From an uncultured Chloroflexia bacterium (GTDB taxonomy: Bacteria; Chloroflexota; UBA6077; JACCZL01): DNA of 64,000 nucleotides. Shown one piece after another: positions 52,860 to 62,325 of the stretch. The stretch is taken from positions 640,001 through 704,000 of the forward strand of contig CAVXYC010000020.1 in NCBI GenBank assembly GCA_963765765.1, written 5' to 3'. A program made the translations under genes and the position numbers. The notes under the pieces are model-generated. The model was given only the letters and a program-made list of their open reading frames with translations, was not told the DNA's origin and made no database searches. Position 1 is the first letter of the stretch, and every line of letters begins with the position of its first letter.

Positions 52860-53175
52860 ATGAATCCGATCGTGGATGGGCACCAATAGCTCGTCGGGCG
52901 TGGTAGTAAGGATCACCGCCGTGCCGCTCAGCTTATCCTTGGTGAGCTTGGTGTAGAGCCCGGCAAAGCCGAATGTTGTGTGATCCTTCAGGCGAATGTG
53001 CATCGGCTGCTTCGTCTTCTCGCCCTGGATCCCCTTCCACTCAAAGAAGCCGTCGGCCGGGATGATGCAGCGCTCCGACTTCACGGCGTTGCGGAACATC
53101 CCACTGGTCTCGATGGTCTCCGCTCGCGCGTTAATCGGCGGTGGCCGGGAACTTTTCTTCTTGCCGTCCATGAAG
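52860..53175 (-). pseudogene. Second SRAP copy, truncated at both ends
   Basis: RPPPINARAET, RCIIPADGFFEW, KQP, FGFAGLY, IHDR; no MCGR N-terminus. Confidence 0.8.
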
Positions 53176-53318
53176 CACAAACCCCCACTTGTGCGTCGCA
53201 CCGGAGTTCCCCCTATGACTCGGGCCGATTCGCCCGCGAGCAAGGCAAGTGGTCCCGCACAGAACAAGGCGAAAGACTCGCCGGGCCCCTAGGACCTCTG
53301 GGTCACGCGCACCGTTCG

Positions 53319-53576
53319 CTACGGCTCGGTCGTCGACGGGGGCGCCTTCTTAACGCGACCGAGCTTATCCCTGAGTGTCTGAGAGAGGGGAGTGGCATCG
53401 ACGGCTTGTGCCACCCGCTCGATCTGGCCGGCGGAGGCCGCTTTCGCCGATGTGGCGGCGTGCCGTAACGACCCCGGAGCGGTGGTCAGTCGCCGCCGAG
53501 CATCTTCGCGGACTCGCGGCGATAGGGCAAGCCGTACCAACACAATGCCGACAACCACTCCAAGTAACACCCGCAT
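53319..53576 (-). CDS. Small membrane-anchored helical protein (YtxH-like layout)
   Basis: GGAGGTG RBS; N-terminal TM then SPRVREDARRRL amphipathic segment. Confidence 0.45.
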   Translation of the reverse strand: MRVLLGVVVGIVLVRLALSPRVREDARRRLTTAPGSLRHAATSAKAASAGQIERVAQAVDATPLSQTLRDKLGRVKKAPPSTTEP

Positions 53577-54126
53577 AATGCTCACCTCCGGTTCGTTGAA
53601 CGGTTGATGCACCGTCCGAGGCCCATTCAGGAGCGACGTCCAAGAAGCCGGCCATTCCGACTGCTGGCGGCCCGTGCTGCGAGGGCAAAGGCGGGCCCCT
53701 TCCAGTCACGGCTGAACGAATGTCACGATCCTGGTCGCTCAGGAGCGGCGCAGAATCACTTTCTCAATTCAATGCGCTGTGACGGGATGTCAATCAACAC
53801 CGAATGACGGTGCCGTCCGTCCACCGGTCTGGTGGCACCGCCACCGAGTAATGGCGTTGAGCGGCAAAGATGTGAAGACCGCGATGGTGCAGGGCATGTC
53901 CGCGGGCTGGGAAGAGAGCGGCGGCAGGCTCCTGACGGCTGGGGATGGTTCTGGATCTGCACCGAGCACCCCGCCCTAAGCGGCGATGATTAGCGTGGCG
54001 GGATATCGATGTCCTCGACAGGGCTGAGTGGCAGGGTCAGCCGGTCACCCTCCGAGTGCTCACGCCGTGACGCGGGCGGTGCTGGCGGAGCTGCGGCTGA
54101 TGTAGGCTCCTACTGGACGTGCCACC

Positions 54127-54845
54127 ATGGCGACTCTCACCTGCCCGCACTGCGGAGCCGAGATATCTGACGAGCCGTCGTCTGCATGGCGTGTGGGAAG
54201 AACCCGGCCTCGCCTGCGTCTCTCGGAGTGACCGCGCCGACTCCCAAACCAGCAAGCCACTTCAAGCCCTCATGGATCGTGTGGCTCGTAGTCGGATTCC
54301 TGGCACTGATGGCGGTTGTGCTTCTGGCTCGGGCGCCCATAGCGAGCCTGTTGCTCGTATTGTCCGCTGTGAGCGTTGCGCTGGCTGGGCCGCTTGGCCG
54401 ATACCGCCCGAGACTCCATATGCCCGCCGGCAAGTTCGGGATCATCGGACTAAGCGTACTCTCGGTGGTGCTCTTCTTCGGGGCTGCCTTCGCGATGCCG
54501 AAGACGGAGCGGCCTGTCTCTCAGACGACGGGGATACTTCCGACGCCTCCACCAACGGTCGAAGTTGCATCAGCACGCACAGCGCCAACGCCCGCTACAG
54601 CCCCTCAGGTAGCAACCGCAGCACCCAAGCCGACAACTGCGCCCCCGACCCCAGTGCCGCCTACTCCGGTCTCTCCGACGGCGGCCGCACCGACTTCAGT
54701 GCCGGAACGATCAGCTGTGCCCGCGCCAACGGTTGACCCAAGACGGGCACGGTGCGGCCACCGGAGGAGAGAGCGCGGTGACGGACACGGTGTCCGTTGT
54801 TGTCCGTTTGACCTCCGCCATACCTGTCCAAACGATCATCCGTGA
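54127..54845 (+). CDS. Zinc-ribbon membrane protein with Pro/Thr-rich stalk (frameshifted, probably 3'-degraded)
   Basis: MATLTCPHCGAEISD joined by frameshift to CMACGK; three TM helices; PTPVPPTPV stalk. Confidence 0.55.
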
Positions 54846-54913
54846 TGGTGGAGAAGACCTCGTCGCCGTCAGCGCTGGCTCGCCCAGGGCACGGTAAGTC
54901 AAGCTGTCTATCG

Positions 54914-55315
54914 ATGAGCCCGGCGCGATATTTGCCTCTGTCAGCGCCGATGACCGCACTATCGGGACCTGAGCCTCAACTCGACTCGGCGCGGTACCAA
55001 CCCGACAGCCCGCGCTGGCGCAACGCTCGCGGCCTGGAGCTAGAGGCGGACGGGCAACTCGACGAAGCGATCGAGTTGTACGAGCGGAATGTGGCGGACG
55101 GTTACGTCGGAGCCCTCCCCTACGATCGTCTGCGCATCATCTACGCCCGGCGGCAGGAGCTAGCCAGCGCGATCCGTGTCTGTCGCGCCGCCATCCGAGC
55201 GCTCGGTGCAGATCCAGGGAAGGCCAGGCGGTTCGAAGGCGCGCTGATGAGGCTTCAAGGACGAACGAGCCGGCAGATGCTCGACCACGGAATCCACGTG
55301 GATTCACGGATCTGA
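54914..55315 (+). CDS. TPR-like protein or fragment
   Basis: N.RGLELE..GQLDEAIELYERNV.....PYDRL.IIY...AIRV. Confidence 0.5.
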   Translation: MSPARYLPLSAPMTALSGPEPQLDSARYQPDSPRWRNARGLELEADGQLDEAIELYERNVADGYVGALPYDRLRIIYARRQELASAIRVCRAAIRALGADPGKARRFEGALMRLQGRTSRQMLDHGIHVDSRI

Positions 55316-55828
55316 CTGAAGCTCCATCTTTATCGGGTATCGATACGATCCAGGCGTTTCCTCATTGGCCTGTTCCGTGATCGCCGCTGACCCCGCGGCG
55401 GGTGGTTCGCGTCGCAATCTGGACGCTGTCGTTGTCTGCTGTCGGACTGTCGATGCAACGGCGTCACATGGATCGTCCTCATGGTGGTCATAGTGTCCGA
55501 CACTGCGGGTGACGATGTCTGACCACCTGTCAGGGTGAGCCACACTTCCACACGTGGCGAGTCGACGCGGTACGCAGGTCCAGCACACCTCGGCCTGGCT
55601 CTCTTCGGGCCCTACCATCTCGTCGGACGCTCTCATTGACCTTCATGACGGCACTCGACGGCCTGGCGCCCGAGGCTCACGAGCACTGCACGGCGAGCCT
55701 GGCACGTTGACATGCATGCCGGTGGACGTAGCGTCCGCCAAGAGGCATCTTCCATCCGGTTATGGTATATATGCATTCCTACATATGTGAAGGCGTTGAC
55801 CCCGCAAAGATGGAAGGGGGTACGTCCG

Positions 55829-56059
55829 TTGGACACTCCTCAGCGCACTGACACAGACCTCGCGAACCGTCTGACTGCCCGCGAAATCGAGGTGCTCCGT
55901 CTCGTGGCGGAAGGGTGTGATAACCAGACGATCGCCGACCGCCTGGTGCTTGATCGGGCCACGATTCGAACAGACGTCGTCACGGTCCTCACCAAACTTG
56001 ACGCGCATTCGCGGCTGCAAGCGGTGGCTCGGGCCGTGCGATTGGGACTCTGCGACTAA
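55829..56059 (+). CDS. Stand-alone LuxR-type HTH protein
   Basis: LTAREIEVLRLVAEG.DNQTIADRL...KLDAHSRLQAVARA..LGL; start uncertain. Confidence 0.65.
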   Translation: MDTPQRTDTDLANRLTAREIEVLRLVAEGCDNQTIADRLVLDRATIRTDVVTVLTKLDAHSRLQAVARAVRLGLCD

Positions 56060-56565
56060 CCCGCTCGGTCCAGTCCAGTCGGGCATCCAGGCGGATGTGC
56101 GCTCTTCCGCCGCCTGGATACGCGCAGGGAGCCAATTTCCCCTGGATGCCGCGTCAGCTGGAAGCGTATGAAAGAGCCGAGCCTCGGGAGCTCGCTATCG
56201 AGCATTGACTATCGCTCCGATAGAGCTCCCGCAATCGGCACCCGCTCATGCTGCGGTAGTCATGCCGCTCTCGCAGCGGGGTGCTCCGGTAGTCGTGCAG
56301 CGAAGCCGCGCGCTCACTGGGCATGCGTATCTAGCACCGGGAGACCGATGTAGACATGGCAGGACAAGGCGACCGAACGAGCACTCTCGGCGAGTGAAAA
56401 TCCGTCCAAGAGACTGAAGACGTTAGCCACAGGCCTGATAGTCGAAACAGGGCGATTCCGGGCCGTCACCACGACATTGAACCACCCACCATCGAACAGC
56501 GCCTGGCAGGCCCGCGCTGAGGTGAGAATGAGCATGTTTATGACGAACGACCAGGACAGAGACGA

Positions 56566-56856
56566 ATGATCGAGCGATTCCGGGTGGCGCTTCACAATGT
56601 TGAGCGTAGCCCGTCGGACGAGGCCGTCGGAGAACTGCGATCGGCCGCGGCTCCCATCATAGACAGGCTCCGAGCGGAGTATCGGGCTGCCGGACACACG
56701 GATGATGGCGATGGCACCGCGCTGTTCCGCTGGCTGCGTGCCAAGCTGGCGGACCGCGAATTGGCTGCCAAACGCGCCTCGACTCACAAGACCGTACGGC
56801 AACACGCCTCACCGTTCAGCTCGCTGAATGTCGGGCGACCCGTCGGCGATCATTGA
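56566..56856 (+). CDS. Hypothetical protein
   Basis: 96-aa ORF with helical character; no recognised motif. Confidence 0.35.
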   Translation: MIERFRVALHNVERSPSDEAVGELRSAAAPIIDRLRAEYRAAGHTDDGDGTALFRWLRAKLADRELAAKRASTHKTVRQHASPFSSLNVGRPVGDH

Positions 56857-56897
56857 CGGGGCGTGTCCTGTCCGGATGGGCGTCCCACGCGATCCGA

Positions 56898-57053
56898 CTA
56901 TGGCGAGACGAGTGCCAGGAGGCGTCGCATGGCATCGCCCAGCTCCTGGCGACGTCGCGCGTCGGGTGGTTTGAGCGGGTTCATGCGTTCCCATTCGTGG
57001 ACATGGTCCACATCGGCAACCGTAATGCGTGCGAGGCGATGGGCGTCCATCAT
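56898..57053 (-). CDS. Small hypothetical protein (51 aa)
   Basis: GGAG RBS; its C-terminus (AMRRLLAL..P*) is duplicated with conservative changes at 48968-49005. Confidence 0.4.
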   Translation of the reverse strand: MMDAHRLARITVADVDHVHEWERMNPLKPPDARRRQELGDAMRRLLALVSP

Positions 57054-57412
57054 CGTCTCTCCGACCGGTTGGGGTGAGATTCCGTGAAATGCGCCACGAC
57101 GCACGGCGGCCGCGAGATCGTTCCGCAGCATCTCCAGCTCGCCCCAGTCCACCAGCATTTCAAACCATGTCCTGTGCTTGCTTTCAGTGTCTCTCGAACG
57201 GTGACTGTCTGGATAGATGCACCGGTGCATAAAGATGCACGGAGATACGAACGTGGCAGGGAATCATCTCGTCGAGAGAGGTCCAGGACACCACCCCGCC
57301 CCGCAGAGGCCGTTTCTCGTGCCGCTGCGGAACGGCCACCCTCGCGCGTCTGGCTGGTGATAGTGGTGCATGCACATCTGCATCTTCTCCACCGACGATC
57401 GCTTCGGATAGA

Positions 57413-57832
57413 GTGACGACCGTGGCCGCTCCCCATGCTCCCCGGAAGTCGGTGGTCGTGATTGACGATGACCCCGACATCACGTTCGTGCTCTGCACGG
57501 CTCTGGAGGATGACGGGTATCGCGTCGTCTGTTACACCCAGGCATCGCTGGCGTTGGAATCGGTGGTTGCGAACCAGCCCGACCTGGTGATCCTGGACTG
57601 GTGGCTGCCCGAGAGCGGCGGACACACCCTGCTCTCCGCCCTGCGCGAGAACCCTCGCACCGCCCACGTGCCGGTCCTCGTGTGCACGGCGGACGCCACC
57701 GTCCTCGACTGTCGCGATGCGCTCGCGCGGAATGGCGCGGACATCCTGCTCAAACCGTTCGAGCTGGACTGCCTGTCCACCATGGTGGGGCGGATGACGG
57801 GTCGGGAATTCGTCGCCTGCCCCTTGGGTTGA
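57413..57832 (+). CDS. Single-domain response regulator receiver
   Basis: VVVIDDD, PDLVILDWWLP, VLVCTA, LLKPF. Confidence 0.85.
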   Translation: MTTVAAPHAPRKSVVVIDDDPDITFVLCTALEDDGYRVVCYTQASLALESVVANQPDLVILDWWLPESGGHTLLSALRENPRTAHVPVLVCTADATVLDCRDALARNGADILLKPFELDCLSTMVGRMTGREFVACPLG

Positions 57833-57877
57833 ATCCAGTAGCGCGCAATGATGGCGGAACTGCAGGGAGCTAGGCCG

Positions 57878-58140
57878 AGGTGCCGAATCATCGTCATGAA
57901 CCAGGTGACTCTAGACGGGGTGATGCAGGGGCCGGGGCGCCCGGACGAGGACACGCGGGACGGCTTCCAGCACGGAGGCTGGGCGATACCGCGCGGCGAC
58001 GAGGCGATGGTCGCCAAGATGGGCGAACGGATGGGCGGGGACCACGCGTTTCTGTTCGGGCGACGCACCTACGAGGATCTGCTGGCGTCTTGGAACGCCC
58101 GGGGCGGCCCGTTCAAGGAAGCGCTGAACAACGCGCCTGG
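57878..58140 (+). pseudogene. Dihydrofolate reductase/RibD C-terminal family, 3'-truncated
   Basis: VTLDGVMQGPG..DEDTRDGFQHGGW, FLFGRRTYE; similarity ends abruptly after LNNAP. Confidence 0.7.
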
Positions 58141-58224
58141 GCCCATAAGGACGTCCACGCGTGTTCGCGCGGACGTCCCAGGCTTTCGCGCGCCGCTGTC
58201 GTGACGAGACCGCAGCGCTTCGTC

Positions 58225-58672
58225 TTAGCTCCGGCGGGGGCCGCTCGGCCCGGTGCGACCCGTGTCGCCCCGGACATCCACGTCACCATCCTCCTTGACC
58301 CGGGCCACCTCGCGCCCTAAGTCCGCCTCTACGCGCTCGGTGTCCTGGACCGCTCGCTTCTCGAGGCCCACTTCCTCGTAGACGACCGTCCGCTTCTCGG
58401 GAACGACCTCCTCGCGGCTGACCTCGACTTCGATTTCCTCCTTATCGCTAATCGGCTGATTGGTAGGTCGCCGATCCACCGGCTCGACGCGTGACAGTGA
58501 CCTCTTCATGGGTAACCGGCACATCTGCCGCGCGACGCTCGGTGACGACATCCTTCTCGATTTCGGCCTTGCCGGCTTTGGTGCGTTCCTTGCGGGCGGT
58601 CAGCTCCTCTTCGCGGAGCTCGAGGTCGTCAGTGTCCCTGGTGCGGCGTTGGTCTCGATCGTCTGTTGCCAT
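58225..58672 (-). CDS. YsnF/AvaK (DUF2382) domain protein, frameshifted
   Basis: LELREEEL.A.KE, VPVTHEEVTV.RR, EKRTVVYEEV. Confidence 0.75.
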
Positions 58673-59128
58673 TTTTAACTCCTTGACCGGTTCGGGTCCG
58701 AGGCCCGAACCGGAATCTATTGGTGTGAATGGTGGTCGGGTGATTCCCGGTGGCGCCTCAGTGTTCTAGGCTCGCTGCGCCCGTCGTCGTACTGTTGGCT
58801 CCTATCCGAGTGTTCCCGCTGAAGCTCGTCAAAAGGTCGATATCTCACTTCCTCTAGGTTGGACTAGTGTTCTTCGAAGGTTCCTAGCACGACCCGTGCC
58901 TCGGTCGTCATCCCAGGACAGACCGCCGCGGCATCGACGTTGCAGCCACAGGGCCCCGCGTGAAAGTACGCCTCTCACGAGTCCCACGGTCCGCTCTGCA
59001 ATCTCGTCTCTCTGGTCTATCCGACATCGGACCAAACGCTTCGAATTCTGTTATCCCGGCGCGCTCCTTGCCCATCAGTAACCCGGGTGACGCAATCGCC
59101 AGATTGCGCACCATGGAGGGGCGGATCG

Positions 59129-59455
59129 GTGCAACAAGAACTGGATGTACAGGGATTCCTGGAAGCGTACAAACGTGAGATTTCCGGACCCGTAGAGCTC
59201 AAGTCGGAAAATGAGCGCGCGCAGGACGAGCAGCGCATTCGCAGGGTGGATCTCATTCGAGACGCTCTGACGACTCAGGAGGACGTATCTCGACCGATCT
59301 CTCCCGATGCGTTCGTTCGATTCTTGCGGGACGTGGCTAGCGGGAACCAGGCAGTGCTGCCGGTGCAGCGCGGCGATGCCGCGATGAAAGAAACGGCCGC
59401 GGATCTGTTGGACAAATGGCAGTACCGCGATTCGGAGATCGAGCAGCGTCTTTAG
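59129..59455 (+). CDS. Hypothetical protein
   Basis: GGAGGGG RBS before GTG; 108-aa acidic helical ORF. Confidence 0.5.
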   Translation: MQQELDVQGFLEAYKREISGPVELKSENERAQDEQRIRRVDLIRDALTTQEDVSRPISPDAFVRFLRDVASGNQAVLPVQRGDAAMKETAADLLDKWQYRDSEIEQRL

Positions 59456-59560
59456 CGTATTTCTAGATGGCTCACCGGTTACCTAGCTGTTCTTTCGGGC
59501 AGTGTGCACGTATCTTTGCGTGTCCACGATCGATCTACACTCCTCCAAAGGAGTCTGACG

Positions 59561-60004
59561 ATGAATCGCATAGACGTCACTGAGAAGATCGTGCTGACCA
59601 AAGTGACCAAAGGTCTCAAGTGGTCGGAGGTGGCCGAGGCCATCGGGCAGAGCAAGGAGTGGACAACCGCTGCGCTGCTGGGTCAGATGCAGATGACGGG
59701 GGAGCAAGCGGAAAAAGTCGGCGAGATCTTTGGTCTGTCTACCGAGGAGTGCGCCTGGCTTCAGATCGTTCCCTACAAGGGATCTTTGCCGACCGCCGTG
59801 CCCACGGATCCTCTGATCTATCGGTTCTACGAGCTCGTCAACGTCTATGGCACCACGCTCAAGGAGCTCATCCACGAGGAGTTCGGCGACGGCATCATGT
59901 CGGCCATCGATTTTTCGATGGACCTGCAGCGCGAGCCTGATCCCAAGGGCGACCGGGTGAACATCGTGCTGAGTGGAAAGTTCCTGCCTTACAAGACGTA
60001 CTGA
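59561..60004 (+). CDS. cynS: Cyanase (cyanate hydratase)
   Basis: PTDPLIYRFYE, IHEEFGDGIMSAIDF, GKFLPY; AAGGAG RBS. Confidence 0.96.
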   Translation: MNRIDVTEKIVLTKVTKGLKWSEVAEAIGQSKEWTTAALLGQMQMTGEQAEKVGEIFGLSTEECAWLQIVPYKGSLPTAVPTDPLIYRFYELVNVYGTTLKELIHEEFGDGIMSAIDFSMDLQREPDPKGDRVNIVLSGKFLPYKTY

Positions 60005-60048
60005 CCGGCTTTCGCACGTAGCAATCCTCCGATCCATTCCGTGAAATG

Positions 60049-60139
60049 TCTCGTAGCGGCGGGCTTCAGCCCGCACGCGAAGCACCGCCTTTCCTAGAGA
60101 AGCGCTATGCGCACGGGCTCGAAGCCTGTCGCTACGAGA
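60049..60139. repeat. GTAG-type REP doublet (REPIN)
   Basis: TCTCGTAGCGGCGGGCTTCAGCCCG ... CGGGCTCGAAGCCTGTCGCTACGAGA, an inverted pair. Confidence 0.7.
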
Positions 60140-60261
60140 GAGGGGAGAGAGATGGCGCTGCTCAGGTGATCGTTGTGCGAATTCCCTCGCCAACATCCGC
60201 TCGTGGTACCCTTCGCAAACCATCAATCTATGTCTGAAGCCGCCCCAAGGAGCCCCGATTC

Positions 60262-60849
60262 GTGACCGCTTCGCTGCCTAACGCCGTCATCGTTGTATCC
60301 GGATTGCCGCGCTCTGGCACATCCATGATGATGAAAATGCTGGAAGTCGGGGGCGTTCCGATCATGACCGATCACGAACGGACCGCGGACGATGACAATC
60401 CCGAGGGCTACTACGAGCTCGAGCGTGTCAAGCAGATGCCGAACGGCGACGTTGCCTGGGTACGCGATGCGCGCCAGAAGGCGGTCAAGGTCATCTCCGC
60501 ATTGTTGAAGCATCTACCCTCAACTGAGCAGTATCGGGTGCTCTTTATGCGCCGCGCCTACCCCGAGATCCTGGCGTCACAACGCAAGATGCTCATTTCG
60601 AGGAATCGGCCGGTGGACCAGGTGGACGACGCAGAAATGACGCGACTCTTTGAGATGCACCTGAAAGAGGTTGACGCCTGGCTAGAAACGCAGCCCAACG
60701 TTCGGGTGCTACAGGTAGGCTACAACGCCATGCTTCGCGAGCCGGAACCGCTTGTGACCCAGGTCAATGAATTCCTGGACGGTGGGCTCGATACCCAGGC
60801 AATGCTCCACGTCATCAATCCCGCGCTTTACCGGAATCGGAGCTCGTAG
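60262..60849 (+). CDS. Sulfotransferase family protein
   Basis: VVSGLPRSGTSMMM (PAPS-binding loop), DNPEGYYE, FMRR...EILASQ. Confidence 0.8.
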   Translation: MTASLPNAVIVVSGLPRSGTSMMMKMLEVGGVPIMTDHERTADDDNPEGYYELERVKQMPNGDVAWVRDARQKAVKVISALLKHLPSTEQYRVLFMRRAYPEILASQRKMLISRNRPVDQVDDAEMTRLFEMHLKEVDAWLETQPNVRVLQVGYNAMLREPEPLVTQVNEFLDGGLDTQAMLHVINPALYRNRSS

Positions 60850-60901
60850 GCTCGCGAACGCCTATACTTTTGCTGTTCATCGAGTCAGGAGCGAGCCGCG
60901 C

Positions 60902-61627
60902 ATGAGTATCCCGCAGAAACGACAATACGTTCGATACGCGTTCTTCAAGGTGCAGACCGAGTGGAAACGGCTCTCCCTCGCGGAACGCGATGAGCACAAG
61001 CGAGAGCTCGCAGCCGCTATCGCACCGTTCGCCGATCGGTTCATGCTCCGCACGTACTCCACCGTCGGGACGCGAGGAGACGTAGATCTCATGCTGTGGG
61101 GAGCAAGCGAGCAGCTCGAGGACCACCATGAGCTGGCGATGGCCATCTCATCCACACGTCTCGGTGGCTATCTCGACACGCCCTATTCGTACATCGCCAT
61201 GACCAAGCGGTCCATTTACGTGGACAAGCACATCCATGAGGGGCAGGAAGGATCTCGCACAGAGATTCGACCGCCGTCGACGAAGTACTTGTTCATCTAC
61301 CCGTTTGTGAAGACCCGACCGTGGTACCGCCTGTCCATGGAAGAGCGCCAGGAGATCATGAGCGAGCACATCCGTGTTGGGCATAAGTACCAGAGCGTGA
61401 GAATTCACACAACGTACTCGTTCGGACTTGACGATCAAGAGTTCGTTGTGTCGTTCGATACCGACTCGCCCGGAGACTTCCTTGACCTCGTCATGGAGCT
61501 TCGTGAATCGGTCTCCAGCAGCTACACCGAGCGCGACACACCCATCTTCACCTGCATCGCAATGCCCATCGAGCAAGCACTCGACGCACTGGACGGCGCT
61601 GCGCTGGCAACTGTAGGAGTGCGCTGA
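60902..61627 (+). CDS. chdC: Chlorite dismutase-family protein, probable coproheme decarboxylase
   Basis: YPFVKTRPWY, proximal EHIRVG, SFGLDDQEF; Ile at the position of the Cld distal Arg. Confidence 0.75.
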   Translation: MSIPQKRQYVRYAFFKVQTEWKRLSLAERDEHKRELAAAIAPFADRFMLRTYSTVGTRGDVDLMLWGASEQLEDHHELAMAISSTRLGGYLDTPYSYIAMTKRSIYVDKHIHEGQEGSRTEIRPPSTKYLFIYPFVKTRPWYRLSMEERQEIMSEHIRVGHKYQSVRIHTTYSFGLDDQEFVVSFDTDSPGDFLDLVMELRESVSSSYTERDTPIFTCIAMPIEQALDALDGAALATVGVR

Positions 61628-61652
61628 GCCCCTCAGATCACCGGCGCGGAGC

Positions 61653-61747
61653 CTTTGGAGTGCGTGCGCCGCAGCGCCGCTTTCTCGATATCCCGGCCGG
61701 CGCTAGCAACAACTAGAAAGCGTGCGCTCGGCGCACGCACTCCAAAG
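61653..61747. repeat. TTGGAGTGC-type REP doublet
   Basis: CTTTGGAGTGCGTGCGCCG...CGCTTTCT / AGAAAGCG...CGGCGCACGCACTCCAAAG; same family as 43494-43608. Confidence 0.7.
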
Positions 61748-61864
61748 CACTTCGCGCCAAGACAGCTCGTTATGACAATTCGATTTGTTGACGGCCCTAT
61801 TCGGCAATCATAGGATGGGCCTGAGCGCCCCCATGTTGCGCCGTCCGCGAGGAGCAGGATTTTC

Positions 61865-62295
61865 TTGATCGCCACCCCTTTTCGTCGTATAGCCCACGAG
61901 CATCGCACTACTCGGCGCGACGCTCGTACTGATCGCGAGCGCCTGTTCCAGTCCTTCCCCCAGCGCGTCGAAGCCAGCCGCCAACACGGCGGGCAGTGCC
62001 GCGTCGACAAGCGGCGGTGATGCTCAGAAGGGGCGTACACTGATGATTGAGAAAGGCTGCGGCGCGTGTCACACCGCTCGAGGGGTCCCAGCAGGCGACG
62101 GGCTCGATTGGGCCAAATCTCACGGGTATCGCGTCAAAACCACGTATCGCCGACACGCTCGATAACACGCCTGAGAACATGAAGCGCTGGATCACCAATC
62201 CCAGCGCAGCGAAACCTGGAACGATGATGCCGCCTCTCGGGCTCTCGGACACGGAATCAAGCGATCTGGTGGCATTTCTCGAAACCCTCAAATAG
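61865..62295 (+). CDS. Lipoprotein mono-heme cytochrome c (frameshifted)
   Basis: LVLIASAC lipobox-like segment, GDAQKG...KGCGACHT (CxxCH), IGPNL, WITNP...PGTMMP; start approximate. Confidence 0.75.
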
Positions 62296-62325
62296 AGGTC
62301 AGCGCTCAGCACCTGGAGGCGCGCT

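Larger units (their letters stand above)
47990..59039. mobile_element. Putative genomic island bounded by 31-bp direct repeats
   Basis: TCTCTGGccgacaccACATCGGACCAAACGC (47990-48020) vs TCTCTGGtctatccgACATCGGACCAAACGC (59009-59039): 26/31 identical with a 16-bp exact core; the interior is a mosaic of fragments. Confidence 0.6.

Noticed and set aside
60902-61627. True chlorite dismutase
   Set aside because: By-eye alignment places Ile at the distal Arg position and shows the ChdC-type YP..K motif.
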